From IMG/VR virus record IMGVR_UViG_3300042291_001013: a stretch of 64,000 nt of DNA; one strand, written 5' to 3'. The notes below the pieces were generated by a model. The model saw nothing but the letters and a program-made list of their open reading frames with translations. It had not been told where the DNA came from and searched no databases. This stretch comes from a virus. Its lineage: Duplodnaviria > Caudoviricetes. A program made the translations under genes and the position numbers. This document shows, in pieces, positions 39,337 to 48,808 of this stretch; position 1 is the first letter of the stretch; each line of letters opens with the position of its first letter.

Positions 39337-41685
39337 TTAGGTGATTCCTGTTCCTGAAATATACCAAGTATCTGAAGCCACCTTGATCAAGGATGCCTGT
39401 CCATACTGTGCTAGTGTACGTGCTCCAGTGGTGCCTGTGCCGGCCAGTAATAAACTAACACCACCTGCTGGGCTAATTGTAGTTGATGCACTGGCTATAA
39501 CAAGTATAGCAGTACCAATAGTAAAGGCCACTGATGCATTGGTTGGAATTGTGATTGTGCCTGAGCCATAATAGTGTTTGCCGCCATCCTGTCCTGTTAG
39601 TGTACCAAATGCAGTGATCTGCGGTAGGTCTCTATAGCCAATTGTGTAGTTTGCACTGGTGACAGTGGCAGTGTTGCCAGTCACACTCAAACTGGCAGTT
39701 GACGTCAGTGCCGCAGATATAACGTTGCCGCCGTTGACGTTGCCGCTAACACTCAAACTGGTACCACTAACACGAGCTGATGCAACAACGTTGCCACCTG
39801 TAACGTTGCCTGTGGCTGATACTAAACCTGCGGTGTTGACATTACCACCAGTGACATTGCCGCTTACTGTGGCAAATCCGCCTGTGATAACGTTACCACC
39901 AGTAACGTTGCCAGTGGCACTGACTGTTGTGGTAGAAGTAATTGCACCTTGTGCTTCAACCCCACCCAGTACCATGCTTCCATATGCGGCCACACCTGTA
40001 ACAACTTCGTTAAGGATTGTGACTGACGTTGCCGCAAGCAGTTTGCCAGCTGAGTTGTCATAGCCAATAAAGGCTATTTTTTCTGATGTGTCGTACCAGT
40101 ACAGTGCTTCGCCGCGGTCCTTGCCGTCGTTGCTTAACAGCGGATCATTGTTGGGTCCACGACCAATGTTGATAATGGGATCTTGTATTGCCAGAGTAGT
40201 AACGTTGTTGTATTCTGTAGTACCGCCCACAATCAAGTTACCAGTAATAGTAGTGGTGCCGCCTACGCTGAGTGTGCCTGCTGTAGCAATGTTGCCACCT
40301 GTTATAGTTCCGTTGGCTGTGAGTGCGGCAGTGGATTTGTTAAAGGTCAATGCACTATTTGCGTTGGCTATGTTGTTATCGTTAAAGATAATCTGCGTGT
40401 TGGCACCTGGAGAAGCAATATTACCACTGATGTTACCAACCACATTGCCTATAAAGTATGGCGCCACCACGTTGCCAGCAGCCTGCACTTCGCCACCGGT
40501 GTTGATGTTACCGCCAGTGACGTTGCCAGCTACTGATAGCGATACCAGCGCACCAACTTGTGTAATGTTGGTTTGACTGGCAGTGGTCAGAGTACCCACA
40601 ATGTTGCCACCAATCAGCGTTCCTGCGGCGCTGACGTTGCCGGCTGTGACAAGATTTGCACCCACAACGTTACCTGATGAAGAAATCAATGCCCCAGTTA
40701 CTCGCTGTGTAGCATTTACGTTGTTACCAGCAATGTTACCACCAGTTAAGTTTGCAGTGATATTACCGCTGGAAATCAAACTGCCAGTAAACACCGCGCC
40801 CACGCCTTCAACGTTGCCAATACTCACAATGTTGGCACCTGTAATATTACCAGTGGCATTGACCGTTGTGCCCAGTGTTATGGCGTTGGCATCAATACTA
40901 CCAGTGCCGCCCAGAGCATTGCTCACAATCAAGCTGTTTAGGTTGCCCACACTCTGCAAGGTACTTGTGGTTACGTTGGCACTGAGCACGTTGTAAGTTA
41001 GCGAGGCCGCATTTGAACTAACTGTAAAACCTGTTAAACCCGCACCGTTGCCCACAAAAAAGTTGGCGGTCATTGTACCACCTGCTGTGATTGCACCTGC
41101 GGCACTGACCTGTCCAGCAGTGGTCAAGTTACCACCTGCTACGTTACCAGTTGCAGCCACGCCACCACCTGTTACAAAGTTCTGTGCCAGAGCGTTACCT
41201 GATGCACTAACAATTCCTGCTGTGGTAAGGTTACCACCACTGGCGTTGCCAGTCACTGCCAGCGAAGTCAGTGTGCCCACAGTTTGCAAGCTGGAGTTTA
41301 CAACGTTGGAGCTCAGTGTTGCACCAGTAATAAGTGCAGCCGGAGCACTGGAAATAACCCCAGTTAATTGACTTCCGTTGCCAAAATAGAATCCACCTGC
41401 TGTGATGTTGCCTGTAGCTGAAATTGTGGTGTTTGCCAGGAATGTGCCTTGTAGCGTGGCGCCTGTTCCTGAAACCACCAGCACGTTGGCCACGTTTGCG
41501 GAACTAACGCTGACTGTGGCGTCTTCAATAATGTTGATGTTTGAAGAACCGTTAGAAATACCTGACACACCACCGATGTTAAACAGTTCAGTGAAGTTAG
41601 AGTTGGTCTTGGTAAACGCCGTACGAATTGGGTCACCTTGCCCGTCGTTTGCTACGTTTCCTATGTCAATTAGTTGTTGTGCCAT
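39337..41685 (-). CDS. Tail-fibre/baseplate protein with T4 gp9/gp10-like N-terminus
   Basis: IDIGNVANDGQGDPIRTAFTKTNSNFTEL followed by GNVTGGN repeats. Confidence 0.8.
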   Translation of the reverse strand: MAQQLIDIGNVANDGQGDPIRTAFTKTNSNFTELFNIGGVSGISNGSSNINIIEDATVSVSSANVANVLVVSGTGATLQGTFLANTTISATGNITAGGFYFGNGSQLTGVISSAPAALITGATLSSNVVNSSLQTVGTLTSLAVTGNASGGNLTTAGIVSASGNALAQNFVTGGGVAATGNVAGGNLTTAGQVSAAGAITAGGTMTANFFVGNGAGLTGFTVSSNAASLTYNVLSANVTTSTLQSVGNLNSLIVSNALGGTGSIDANAITLGTTVNATGNITGANIVSIGNVEGVGAVFTGSLISSGNITANLTGGNIAGNNVNATQRVTGALISSSGNVVGANLVTAGNVSAAGTLIGGNIVGTLTTASQTNITQVGALVSLSVAGNVTGGNINTGGEVQAAGNVVAPYFIGNVVGNISGNIASPGANTQIIFNDNNIANANSALTFNKSTAALTANGTITGGNIATAGTLSVGGTTTITGNLIVGGTTEYNNVTTLAIQDPIINIGRGPNNDPLLSNDGKDRGEALYWYDTSEKIAFIGYDNSAGKLLAATSVTILNEVVTGVAAYGSMVLGGVEAQGAITSTTTVSATGNVTGGNVITGGFATVSGNVTGGNVNTAGLVSATGNVTGGNVVASARVSGTSLSVSGNVNGGNVISAALTSTASLSVTGNTATVTSANYTIGYRDLPQITAFGTLTGQDGGKHYYGSGTITIPTNASVAFTIGTAILVIASASTTISPAGGVSLLLAGTGTTGARTLAQYGQASLIKVASDTWYISGTGIT

Positions 41686-41773
41686 GTTTAGAGTCCTGTG
41701 TTGTATTTACCAGAACCCTAGACTGCGTCAACATAGCTTGATCATGGCTAAATACAAACAATCGGAGCGATCA

Positions 41774-43444
41774 ATGTCATACATTATAAACAACACCCGT
41801 GGAAACGTCATTGCAGTTGTGGCTGACGGTACTGTTAATACCTCAGCCACAGATCTTGCGTTGGTGGGTCGCGGACTTACAGAGTACGGTGAGTACGAAA
41901 ACGAAAACTACGTATATTTGCTGGAAAACTTTGCAAATAACTCAGCACCCTTACAGCCCATTACAGGACAGCTTTGGTATGATATTGGCAATGACGTAAT
42001 TGCCACTTACACGTCGGGAAACATCTGGAGCAATCTGGCCAGCCAAGACTATGTGCAGGCACAAAAGATTAGCCCAGTTTTTACTGGGGTACCAATTGCA
42101 CCCACTGCATCAGCAGGCACAGCCAGCACACAGCTTGCTACCACTGCGTTTGTGACCAACAGTCCACAATTTAGTGGTGTACCTACTGCGCCCACTGCCA
42201 CTCCCGGAACCCTGGGCAATCAAATTGCCACAGTGGGATTTGTAAACAACAGTCCACAATTCAGCGGGGCTCCACTTGCGCCCACAGCCGCTCAAGGTGT
42301 GAGCAATACTCAAATTGCCACAACTGAATTTGTCACCCGCGGTCCACAATTTAGTGGAATCCCCACAGCGCCGAGCACTGCAAATAATGTAAGCACTACT
42401 CAATTGGCCACAACAGAATTTGTACAAAATCAAAAAGTCAGTCCGGTGTTTACTGGCAATCCCACTGCACCCACAGCCGTGTTTGGAGACAACACGTCAA
42501 GCATTGCTACCACAGCATTTGTACAAAGCGAAAAGTTTAATACTGGATTAACCGGGGTGCCAACTGCTCCTAATGCTCCTTTGGGCACTGCAAATACTCA
42601 AATTGCCACCACTAACTTTGTGGCTATATCAACTGCGGCTCTGCCCACAATGAGTCAGCAAAATGCCAACGCAGTAACCATTTCAGGCGGTGCTATATTT
42701 GGTATTACTGATCTTGCTATTGCAGATGGCGGTACTGGTGCCAGCACAGCCGCCAATGCAAGAGACAACTTGGGCCTGGGCACTTTGGCCACTCAAAATG
42801 CCAATGCTGTTAGTTTTACCGGCGGCAACATGGGCAATATTGGTATCACTGGCGGTACTGTTACTGGACTTAACGTTCCGTTGGCATTGGTATCTGGTGG
42901 TACTGGCTCAGACAATGCCACACAAGCACGTACCAATTTGGGACTGGGATCAATGGCCACGCAAAATGCCGGCGCAGTTGCAATCACAGGCGGCACAATT
43001 GGTGGGTTAGGTACGCCAATCTCACTGGCTGATGGTGGTACTGGCGCAGCCACACAAGATCAAGCAAGAACAAACTTGGGCATTGGCACCCTGGCCGCAC
43101 AGGCTTTTGACAATGTGGGTATAACTGGCGGTACCCTGACAGGAATTAGTTTGTTCCAGGCAGCCAACGTAAATATCACTAGTGGTACCCTAACAGGTAT
43201 TGTGGATCTTGGTGTAGCAGATGGCGGCACCGGGGCAAGCGATCCCGTTAGTGCTAGACAAAATCTTGGCGCTGCCGCAAGCTCTGTGCAGATTATTGCG
43301 GGCGCAGGTCTGCAAGGTGGTGGCGACTTAGTTGCCAGCAGAACACTAGCAATTGCCACAAATTCAAACGGTTACGGAGTGAGATATATCAGTAACGATG
43401 ATCCAAGTGGTGGCAACAACGGTGATATTTGGTACCAAATTTAA
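41774..43444 (+). CDS. Repetitive tail-fibre-like protein
   Basis: Start MSYIINNT after a TAAATA box and GGAG RBS. About six ATTxFV...FxGxPTAPT repeats, then four DGGTG...ARxNLG repeats; ends GDIWYQI. Confidence 0.8.
   Translation: MSYIINNTRGNVIAVVADGTVNTSATDLALVGRGLTEYGEYENENYVYLLENFANNSAPLQPITGQLWYDIGNDVIATYTSGNIWSNLASQDYVQAQKISPVFTGVPIAPTASAGTASTQLATTAFVTNSPQFSGVPTAPTATPGTLGNQIATVGFVNNSPQFSGAPLAPTAAQGVSNTQIATTEFVTRGPQFSGIPTAPSTANNVSTTQLATTEFVQNQKVSPVFTGNPTAPTAVFGDNTSSIATTAFVQSEKFNTGLTGVPTAPNAPLGTANTQIATTNFVAISTAALPTMSQQNANAVTISGGAIFGITDLAIADGGTGASTAANARDNLGLGTLATQNANAVSFTGGNMGNIGITGGTVTGLNVPLALVSGGTGSDNATQARTNLGLGSMATQNAGAVAITGGTIGGLGTPISLADGGTGAATQDQARTNLGIGTLAAQAFDNVGITGGTLTGISLFQAANVNITSGTLTGIVDLGVADGGTGASDPVSARQNLGAAASSVQIIAGAGLQGGGDLVASRTLAIATNSNGYGVRYISNDDPSGGNNGDIWYQI
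42050..43290 (+). repeat. Two degenerate protein-level tandem repeat arrays inside the fibre gene (boundaries approximate)
   Basis: Repeat units of about 30-33 aa visible in the translation; DNA copies are diverged. Confidence 0.75.
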
Positions 43445-43454
43445 AGATTAAAAT

Positions 43455-45761
43455 ATGCCATTAGTAGTCAGGGCCATAGGCCACACAGGACAAACCCAAC
43501 GATTGGTTTGGAATCAAGGTAACAATGTACCGGTTACTGCTTACCTTTGGGGTGGCGGTGGTGGCGGTGGTGGCAATGACAGCAACCCAGGTGGCAACGG
43601 CTCAGGTGGCGCATTCAGCACCACCAACTTCACAGTCAACGAAGGCGACGAACTGCTTTGCGCCGTGGGTGGCCCTGGGGGCCCTGGGGGATCGGGTAGC
43701 AATGCACCCGGAGGATTTGCTGGCGCCAGTTTTATGGCTCAGGGAACAGGCACTTTTTGGGACAGCAGAAGTAATATTGCAAACGGCAATTTTTCAAACG
43801 GAAATATTGGAGCAGGACAACCCTACAGCAACGGTGCCTATTGCAGTTTTTTAAACACGTATGGAATTTGGAACGCCAACTCATTGGGCGGCGTCTATAG
43901 TGAAAATCTTGATGTTGTGTGGAATGTGAGTTTTGCCACCACCGGATACTACAACTTTACCATCAGCTGTGACAACCGAGCTGAGCTGTTTATTGATGGC
44001 AATTTTGCTTGTTTCAGCGATAATTTCAGAACAACTTTCCAACAGTTGTTTTACATAACTGCTGGCACACATAGTATTAGAGTAGTTGGTCTCAACACTG
44101 GCGGTCCTGCGGCAATGGGATTAACTATTAGCGGCGGCACCGGTGATACTGTTTTCAATACTAGAACCACACCAGCTACTCCTCCAGTTTATCCAGCTAC
44201 TGGATATAATAATTCCAGTGTATTTCAAAATGAATTTGGTGTTTGGGAGTCACCATACCAAATCTTCTGCAATCGATCATACAGTGTGCTTTTTCCTACG
44301 TCAGGATCATACACCTTCCAACTTAGTGTTATATACACCGCCACTGTCACTTTAGATGGGGTTACTATATTGCAATCAACAAATTCCTACATCAACCCGC
44401 AGCCTAGTAATGTCACCCTGGTTGTCAGTGCCGGTTATCACCAATTGGCATTTACTGCACAGGGTGTTGATGGGGAAGACGGACCAGGATCAATTGCTTT
44501 GTTAGTGACCAGCAACTCTCAACAATCATATACTGGTGGGCGCGGAGGAAACTCTGGAGGTGCTGGTGGCTCAGGTGCTGGCGGAGGTGGCGGAGGTGCC
44601 ACAATTGTGTACAAGAACGGCTCCGTAATGGCCTGTGGTGGCGGAGGAGGTGGCGGAGGCGGAGGCGGTAACGTAGGAGCCGCAGCCGGACAAAGTGCGC
44701 CAGGCGCCAAAGGACAGGCACCTGTGGGAACACCAGCTGGACAAAACGGAACCAATAAAAACGGCGATGGTGGCGGAGGTGGTGGAGGTGGTGGAGGCTT
44801 AGGCGGCGGCAACGGAGGTGAATCACCAGGTGGTGACGTGGGTGGGCAAGCAGGTGCGTATGGCCTAGGTTCTGGAACCCCAGTTGAACCCAATGGTGTC
44901 ACGCCCGGAGCATCAACTAGCTCTTTTTACAAAGGCGGCACCGCTGTGGGCGGGGTAACTGCACAACAAGGCACAGGCGGCTATGCTGTGTTGGTATTTG
45001 ATGTAGGCGGCACATTTGTTCATCAAAATGGCAACTTTACCGTGGCACAAAAAGTCTGGATCAAAACCGCAGTAGCCTGGCAAAGAGTCAAAACTACCTG
45101 GGTCAAGGACAACGGCGCATGGGAACCAGTGCTGGGATTTTTTGCTCCGTACTTTACACCTATAGACGGATACTGGGGCAGTCAGCCACGTGATGCTGAT
45201 GGCGATGCTGGTGCTGGAGGCGGCGGCGGCGGATGTAAGATTATTTGCCAGAAGTTGGCCGAAATGGGCTTCTTTGATTCAGCAATGAACACAGCTGATC
45301 AACAGTTTGGCGTAATGCTACGAGACCAAGATCCTGATGCCTACAACGGCTATCTGCGTTGGGCACAGCCTGTGGTTGATTTGCTAGACGGCAAAGGCAG
45401 CGTGAAGTTCCGCAAGATTGTGTTGTTCTGGGTGCGTGATGAACAGCGTCGTCAACAGATTCAAAGCAACATTGTGGCACATTACCTGGATGTTATTGCT
45501 AGGCCCTGGGCAGAAGAAATGGCCTATCGCATGAAGGCCGAAGGACATGATCACAGCAATCCAGCTGGACGTTTTATCATGAACATTGGATTACCAATGT
45601 GTCGTGCTATTAGCCGATTTGGCAAACGTAAAGAGTTACCAATGTGGCTCAAGACTGTGTTGATCTGGGCAACTACCACTGTGTTGTTAGTGGCAGTGAC
45701 TGTGATATCCACTGTGGATAAAGTGATCAACCGAGTACGTAAATTATTCAAGAAAGATTGA
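43455..45761 (+). CDS. Gly-rich receptor-binding/tail protein with PA14-like domains and a C-terminal GGGGGC-KIIC domain
   Basis: Poly-Gly tracts, YYNFTISCDNRAELFIDG; C-terminal helical domain with a hydrophobic segment. Confidence 0.7.
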   Translation: MPLVVRAIGHTGQTQRLVWNQGNNVPVTAYLWGGGGGGGGNDSNPGGNGSGGAFSTTNFTVNEGDELLCAVGGPGGPGGSGSNAPGGFAGASFMAQGTGTFWDSRSNIANGNFSNGNIGAGQPYSNGAYCSFLNTYGIWNANSLGGVYSENLDVVWNVSFATTGYYNFTISCDNRAELFIDGNFACFSDNFRTTFQQLFYITAGTHSIRVVGLNTGGPAAMGLTISGGTGDTVFNTRTTPATPPVYPATGYNNSSVFQNEFGVWESPYQIFCNRSYSVLFPTSGSYTFQLSVIYTATVTLDGVTILQSTNSYINPQPSNVTLVVSAGYHQLAFTAQGVDGEDGPGSIALLVTSNSQQSYTGGRGGNSGGAGGSGAGGGGGGATIVYKNGSVMACGGGGGGGGGGGNVGAAAGQSAPGAKGQAPVGTPAGQNGTNKNGDGGGGGGGGGGLGGGNGGESPGGDVGGQAGAYGLGSGTPVEPNGVTPGASTSSFYKGGTAVGGVTAQQGTGGYAVLVFDVGGTFVHQNGNFTVAQKVWIKTAVAWQRVKTTWVKDNGAWEPVLGFFAPYFTPIDGYWGSQPRDADGDAGAGGGGGGCKIICQKLAEMGFFDSAMNTADQQFGVMLRDQDPDAYNGYLRWAQPVVDLLDGKGSVKFRKIVLFWVRDEQRRQQIQSNIVAHYLDVIARPWAEEMAYRMKAEGHDHSNPAGRFIMNIGLPMCRAISRFGKRKELPMWLKTVLIWATTTVLLVAVTVISTVDKVINRVRKLFKKD

Positions 45762-45762
45762 C

Positions 45763-46164
45763 ATGGGAATTAGTATTCAAGAGTTTTTGGCAGGCCGTGT
45801 GGCTTGCCCAGTTTGCGACGCTAGCGGTGACCAAGAGCATTGTATTACTGCGTTGCTCAGTCGTGAAGACAGTTGTATTTTGTTCAATTCGATGTTTCAC
45901 AATCAAAACGCCAGAACACATTCGGACACCAAACTGTTGCAAGAAATACGTGCCACAACCAGTCCACAAGTGGTACTAGACTACTACATACGAAGTGAAC
46001 AGGTTACTCAACGCATCAATGCCAGAGAAGATCGAGCCGATGTTTGGAATCGTGTTTACAAAACTTACATTCCCAACATGTTGGTCAAGGTCCGTGCTGG
46101 CAAAAAAGAAGATGCCATCAAGACCATTGATGGCATGTTGCGCGAGATTGAAAAGAAATACTAG
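45763..46164 (+). CDS. Small protein resembling the CFI-box-CTERM-type helical domain
   Basis: [17 protein letters not shown]...[27 protein letters not shown] pattern, recognised by eye. Confidence 0.45.
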   Translation: MGISIQEFLAGRVACPVCDASGDQEHCITALLSREDSCILFNSMFHNQNARTHSDTKLLQEIRATTSPQVVLDYYIRSEQVTQRINAREDRADVWNRVYKTYIPNMLVKVRAGKKEDAIKTIDGMLREIEKKY

Positions 46165-46499
46165 ACTGAAAAACTGCTGCCGCAGCCGCAAGTTGACACT
46201 GCTTGCGGATTGTTGATCACAAAGCTAGCGCCTGCTAGATCTTCTTTGTAGTTGATTTCACTGTTTTGCAAGTACTGCCAGCTCATTGAGTCTACCAGCA
46301 CCTTGACATTGCCATACGCAAGATCAAAGTCATCTTCGTTTTGTTCTTCGTCTAGAGTAAATCCATAGCTGAATCCTGAACATCCCCCACCTTGTACAAA
46401 CACTCGTAGTTTGAGATTGGGGTTGTTATCTTCGGCTAGAATATCTCGGAGTTTTTCCACTGCGGATTCAGTCAAGTTCATTATAGTCTTTCGTTGCAA
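46161..46499 (-). CDS. erpA: ErpA/IscA/HesB-family Fe-S carrier
   Basis: [17 protein letters not shown] and [14 protein letters not shown] motifs. Confidence 0.93.
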   Translation of the reverse strand: MQRKTIMNLTESAVEKLRDILAEDNNPNLKLRVFVQGGGCSGFSYGFTLDEEQNEDDFDLAYGNVKVLVDSMSWQYLQNSEINYKEDLAGASFVINNPQAVSTCGCGSSFSV

Positions 46500-47023
46500 A
46501 CGTCCCAGTCAATGATCTTCCAGATATTGTCTAAGTAACGTTCTTTGTCGCTTTGGTAGTCCAGGGCCCAGACATGTTCCCACCAGTCCACCAGTACACA
46601 AATATCAGTGCGCACTTGGTGGTTGGGAATGGTTTTGATGTCGCCCCCGGTGCTGAGATAAACCCAACCTGATCCTTGGATCTTCATTGCGGCTTCTTTG
46701 AAAGCTTCTTTGAAATCTTCGTAGGTTTTAAACTTTTCTTCTATCAGCGCAAGTACTGCACCACGGGGGCGATTGGCACCTTTAGGAGCCCTAAGCTGAG
46801 GGAAGAACTTATTGTGTAAAAAACTGCCAGCACGATTAAAATTCGCATTGCCTTCTCCTGCGTTGTAACGCTTGGCATAGCCCCGGGCCAAGTGTCCATA
46901 ATGGTATTCTAAACTTTCTTTACTCAACACTGGTTCAAGGTCTTTTTCGCCGTAGGGCAAGGGAGTGGTTTCCAGTTTTGCTGGACGGGTGTTTGCTTCA
47001 ATCAAGTCAATTTGTTCACGCAT
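46481..47023 (-). CDS. sod: Fe/Mn superoxide dismutase with an extra Glu-terminated leader
   Basis: PLPY, HYGH, FLHNKFF, GSGWVYL and DWWEH metal ligands. Confidence 0.9.
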   Translation of the reverse strand: MREQIDLIEANTRPAKLETTPLPYGEKDLEPVLSKESLEYHYGHLARGYAKRYNAGEGNANFNRAGSFLHNKFFPQLRAPKGANRPRGAVLALIEEKFKTYEDFKEAFKEAAMKIQGSGWVYLSTGGDIKTIPNHQVRTDICVLVDWWEHVWALDYQSDKERYLDNIWKIIDWDVCNERL

Positions 47024-47028
47024 GTTAG

Positions 47029-47036
47029 TATTTATA
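47029..47036 (-). promoter_or_regulatory. T4-type late promoter TATAAATA
   Basis: Exact T4 gp55 consensus 5 nt upstream of the sod ATG. Confidence 0.75.
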
Positions 47037-48165
47037 CACCCAAGCAGTAGGCTTTGCTGTAGATTGGTTTGGTATCTAACGGAGCATTAGGGTGTAGCAG
47101 ATGAAATGCACCCAACCACTCCATAAAGTCCTTTTCAGCCACAACGTTTAGAATACCGCGCAGATAAACCTGTGCAGTGTCGTTGTCTGCTTTGATACCA
47201 TCCACCAACAAAGGTTCAGCCTGCGACGGATCAATATTGAGATAGTCGTTGCCAGTGACTTTTAAGCTGACATTTTTTCTATAAAAATGTTTTTGTTCGC
47301 AACTGACCCCGGCTTTGACTTCATCATGACGCCCACAGGATCTAGCATAGGCTCTGTAACCCCAGACACTGTCTGCGTTAAAAGCCACGTGAGCCGTGGT
47401 ACCATTATTGAAGGGTTTTGCTAGCTTTTGAGCTATCTGTTTCATGCCATTCTTGAGCAAATGGCTTTGTTTGAGATGCAGTATTGGGTCAAGAAAAAAG
47501 TTTTCATAATTTTTGGTGCCCATGCTCTGTCTAAAGGCACGGTCCATAACTGAACTCCAGTACACCCCATTGCTGTAGACCACATGCGGTTTTTCGTGCC
47601 CAGTGATCATGGCCCAATTCTTACTGGCATGATTTTTGTCACACAAGAATTCGCCAATAGCGTCACTTGCCGCTTGACCCATGATCAACAAACTGCCACG
47701 ATCTTCCCAGAGCCAATTTTCATTTTTAACTTCTAGTTTTTTGAGTTTGGTATCGTTTTTGTCAAGAAAAGTAATTGTGGTAGTTGGATCCCAGTGGTTG
47801 TTGTGTATCCAATCCACAGTGCTCATGGGAAACCAAGTCTCTAACTGTTCGTTGCCCATGATGACAATTTCATCAATGTGCAGTTTATTACGTTTGAACA
47901 CATTGTAAATGGTATGGCTGTCAGTACCACCACTCCAGAACAAAATCAGTCTATCGTATTTGTTGCGCAGTTGGATAGCACGACGGTCCATCAAAGTTTC
48001 AAAACTTTCAGTCGGATTAGCTCTCCAGTTTAGTTTGTCGTACTCGGCATCATTGCAATACATGTGGACAGTGCCACCAGTACGAAATGCTTCGTGCTGT
48101 GCTAGATAATAGTTGTTGAACTGCTTACCATTACAGGTATAATGGTACTGATTGTATATCGGCAT
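47032..48165 (-). CDS. PP-loop (adenine nucleotide alpha hydrolase-like) protein
   Basis: LILFWSGGTDS motif. Start placed at MPIYNQ just after infA. Confidence 0.65.
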   Translation of the reverse strand: MPIYNQYHYTCNGKQFNNYYLAQHEAFRTGGTVHMYCNDAEYDKLNWRANPTESFETLMDRRAIQLRNKYDRLILFWSGGTDSHTIYNVFKRNKLHIDEIVIMGNEQLETWFPMSTVDWIHNNHWDPTTTITFLDKNDTKLKKLEVKNENWLWEDRGSLLIMGQAASDAIGEFLCDKNHASKNWAMITGHEKPHVVYSNGVYWSSVMDRAFRQSMGTKNYENFFLDPILHLKQSHLLKNGMKQIAQKLAKPFNNGTTAHVAFNADSVWGYRAYARSCGRHDEVKAGVSCEQKHFYRKNVSLKVTGNDYLNIDPSQAEPLLVDGIKADNDTAQVYLRGILNVVAEKDFMEWLGAFHLLHPNAPLDTKPIYSKAYCLGV

Positions 48166-48169
48166 GAAT

Positions 48170-48388
48170 TTATCGACGTCTAGTAATGCGGCCTTTGGTA
48201 ACATCGTATGGGCTAAATTCAATTTCCACACGATCACCCAATAGGATTTTAATGTGGTGCATGCGCATCTTACCAGATATAAAACCAGTCACAGGTTTTT
48301 GTTGTCCATCTACCAGTACGCGGAACATAGCATTGGGCAATACCTCTAGGATAGTGCCGTCCATACGAAATCCTTCTTCTTTAGCCAT
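48170..48388 (-). CDS. infA: Translation initiation factor IF-1
   Basis: [46 protein letters not shown]. Confidence 0.95.
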   Translation of the reverse strand: MAKEEGFRMDGTILEVLPNAMFRVLVDGQQKPVTGFISGKMRMHHIKILLGDRVEIEFSPYDVTKGRITRRR

Positions 48389-48398
48389 TGACTCTTAC

Positions 48399-48773
48399 TT
48401 AGTTGAATTTCAACTCAGCAGTGACCTTCTTTAGCCGATCAAAGCGGAAACTGCGCCACTCTTTTTTCTCTAGATCAAACACGCGGATACTGTGCTCGTC
48501 GGGCTTTTTGCGTTCTTTGCTTTCTTTAACAATGCCGTCAACTGGCCCGGTAGGTGCTAGGGGCAAATGATCTGGGTTTAGGGTACAAAGCATTTCGCGA
48601 TCTGAGCCGTCAGACTTGGTAAAAATCACTGTGATGGAATCTTTTTGTAACAGGCTTCTAATCCAATCGCGAATGATGGCCTTGTTGGCATCATCTGCTT
48701 CTTGATACTGTGTGCCCGGTGCTCCCTTGAGCAGTCGCACCACTTCTTGCTTTTCCCACAGGTTGATATCCAT
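48399..48773 (-). CDS. WYL-like SH3-fold phage protein
   Basis: FTKSDGSDREMLCTL...VFDLEKKEWRSFRFD. Confidence 0.65.
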   Translation of the reverse strand: MDINLWEKQEVVRLLKGAPGTQYQEADDANKAIIRDWIRSLLQKDSITVIFTKSDGSDREMLCTLNPDHLPLAPTGPVDGIVKESKERKKPDEHSIRVFDLEKKEWRSFRFDRLKKVTAELKFN

Positions 48774-48808
48774 TAATTCACCTCTATAAGTTAGTTGACG
48801 TTTTTTCT

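Noticed and set aside
41402-41773. N-terminal extension of the 680-aa ORF in the track
   Set aside because: It overlaps the antisense fibre gene. The promoter and RBS support the start at 41774.
21523-43444. Diversity-generating retroelement or DNA repeat array in the fibre genes
   Set aside because: The repeats are degenerate codon-level echoes of GNVTGGN and TAPT peptide units. No template/variable pair differing only at adenines was seen, and there is no reverse transcriptase in the window.
44519-44902. Pro-rich minus-strand ORF
   Set aside because: It is the antisense shadow of the poly-Gly codons of 43455..45761.
45200-45761. Intein or Hint domain at GGGGGC-KIIC
   Set aside because: No intein block B (TxxH) or terminal HN was seen, so it is kept only as a possible processing domain.
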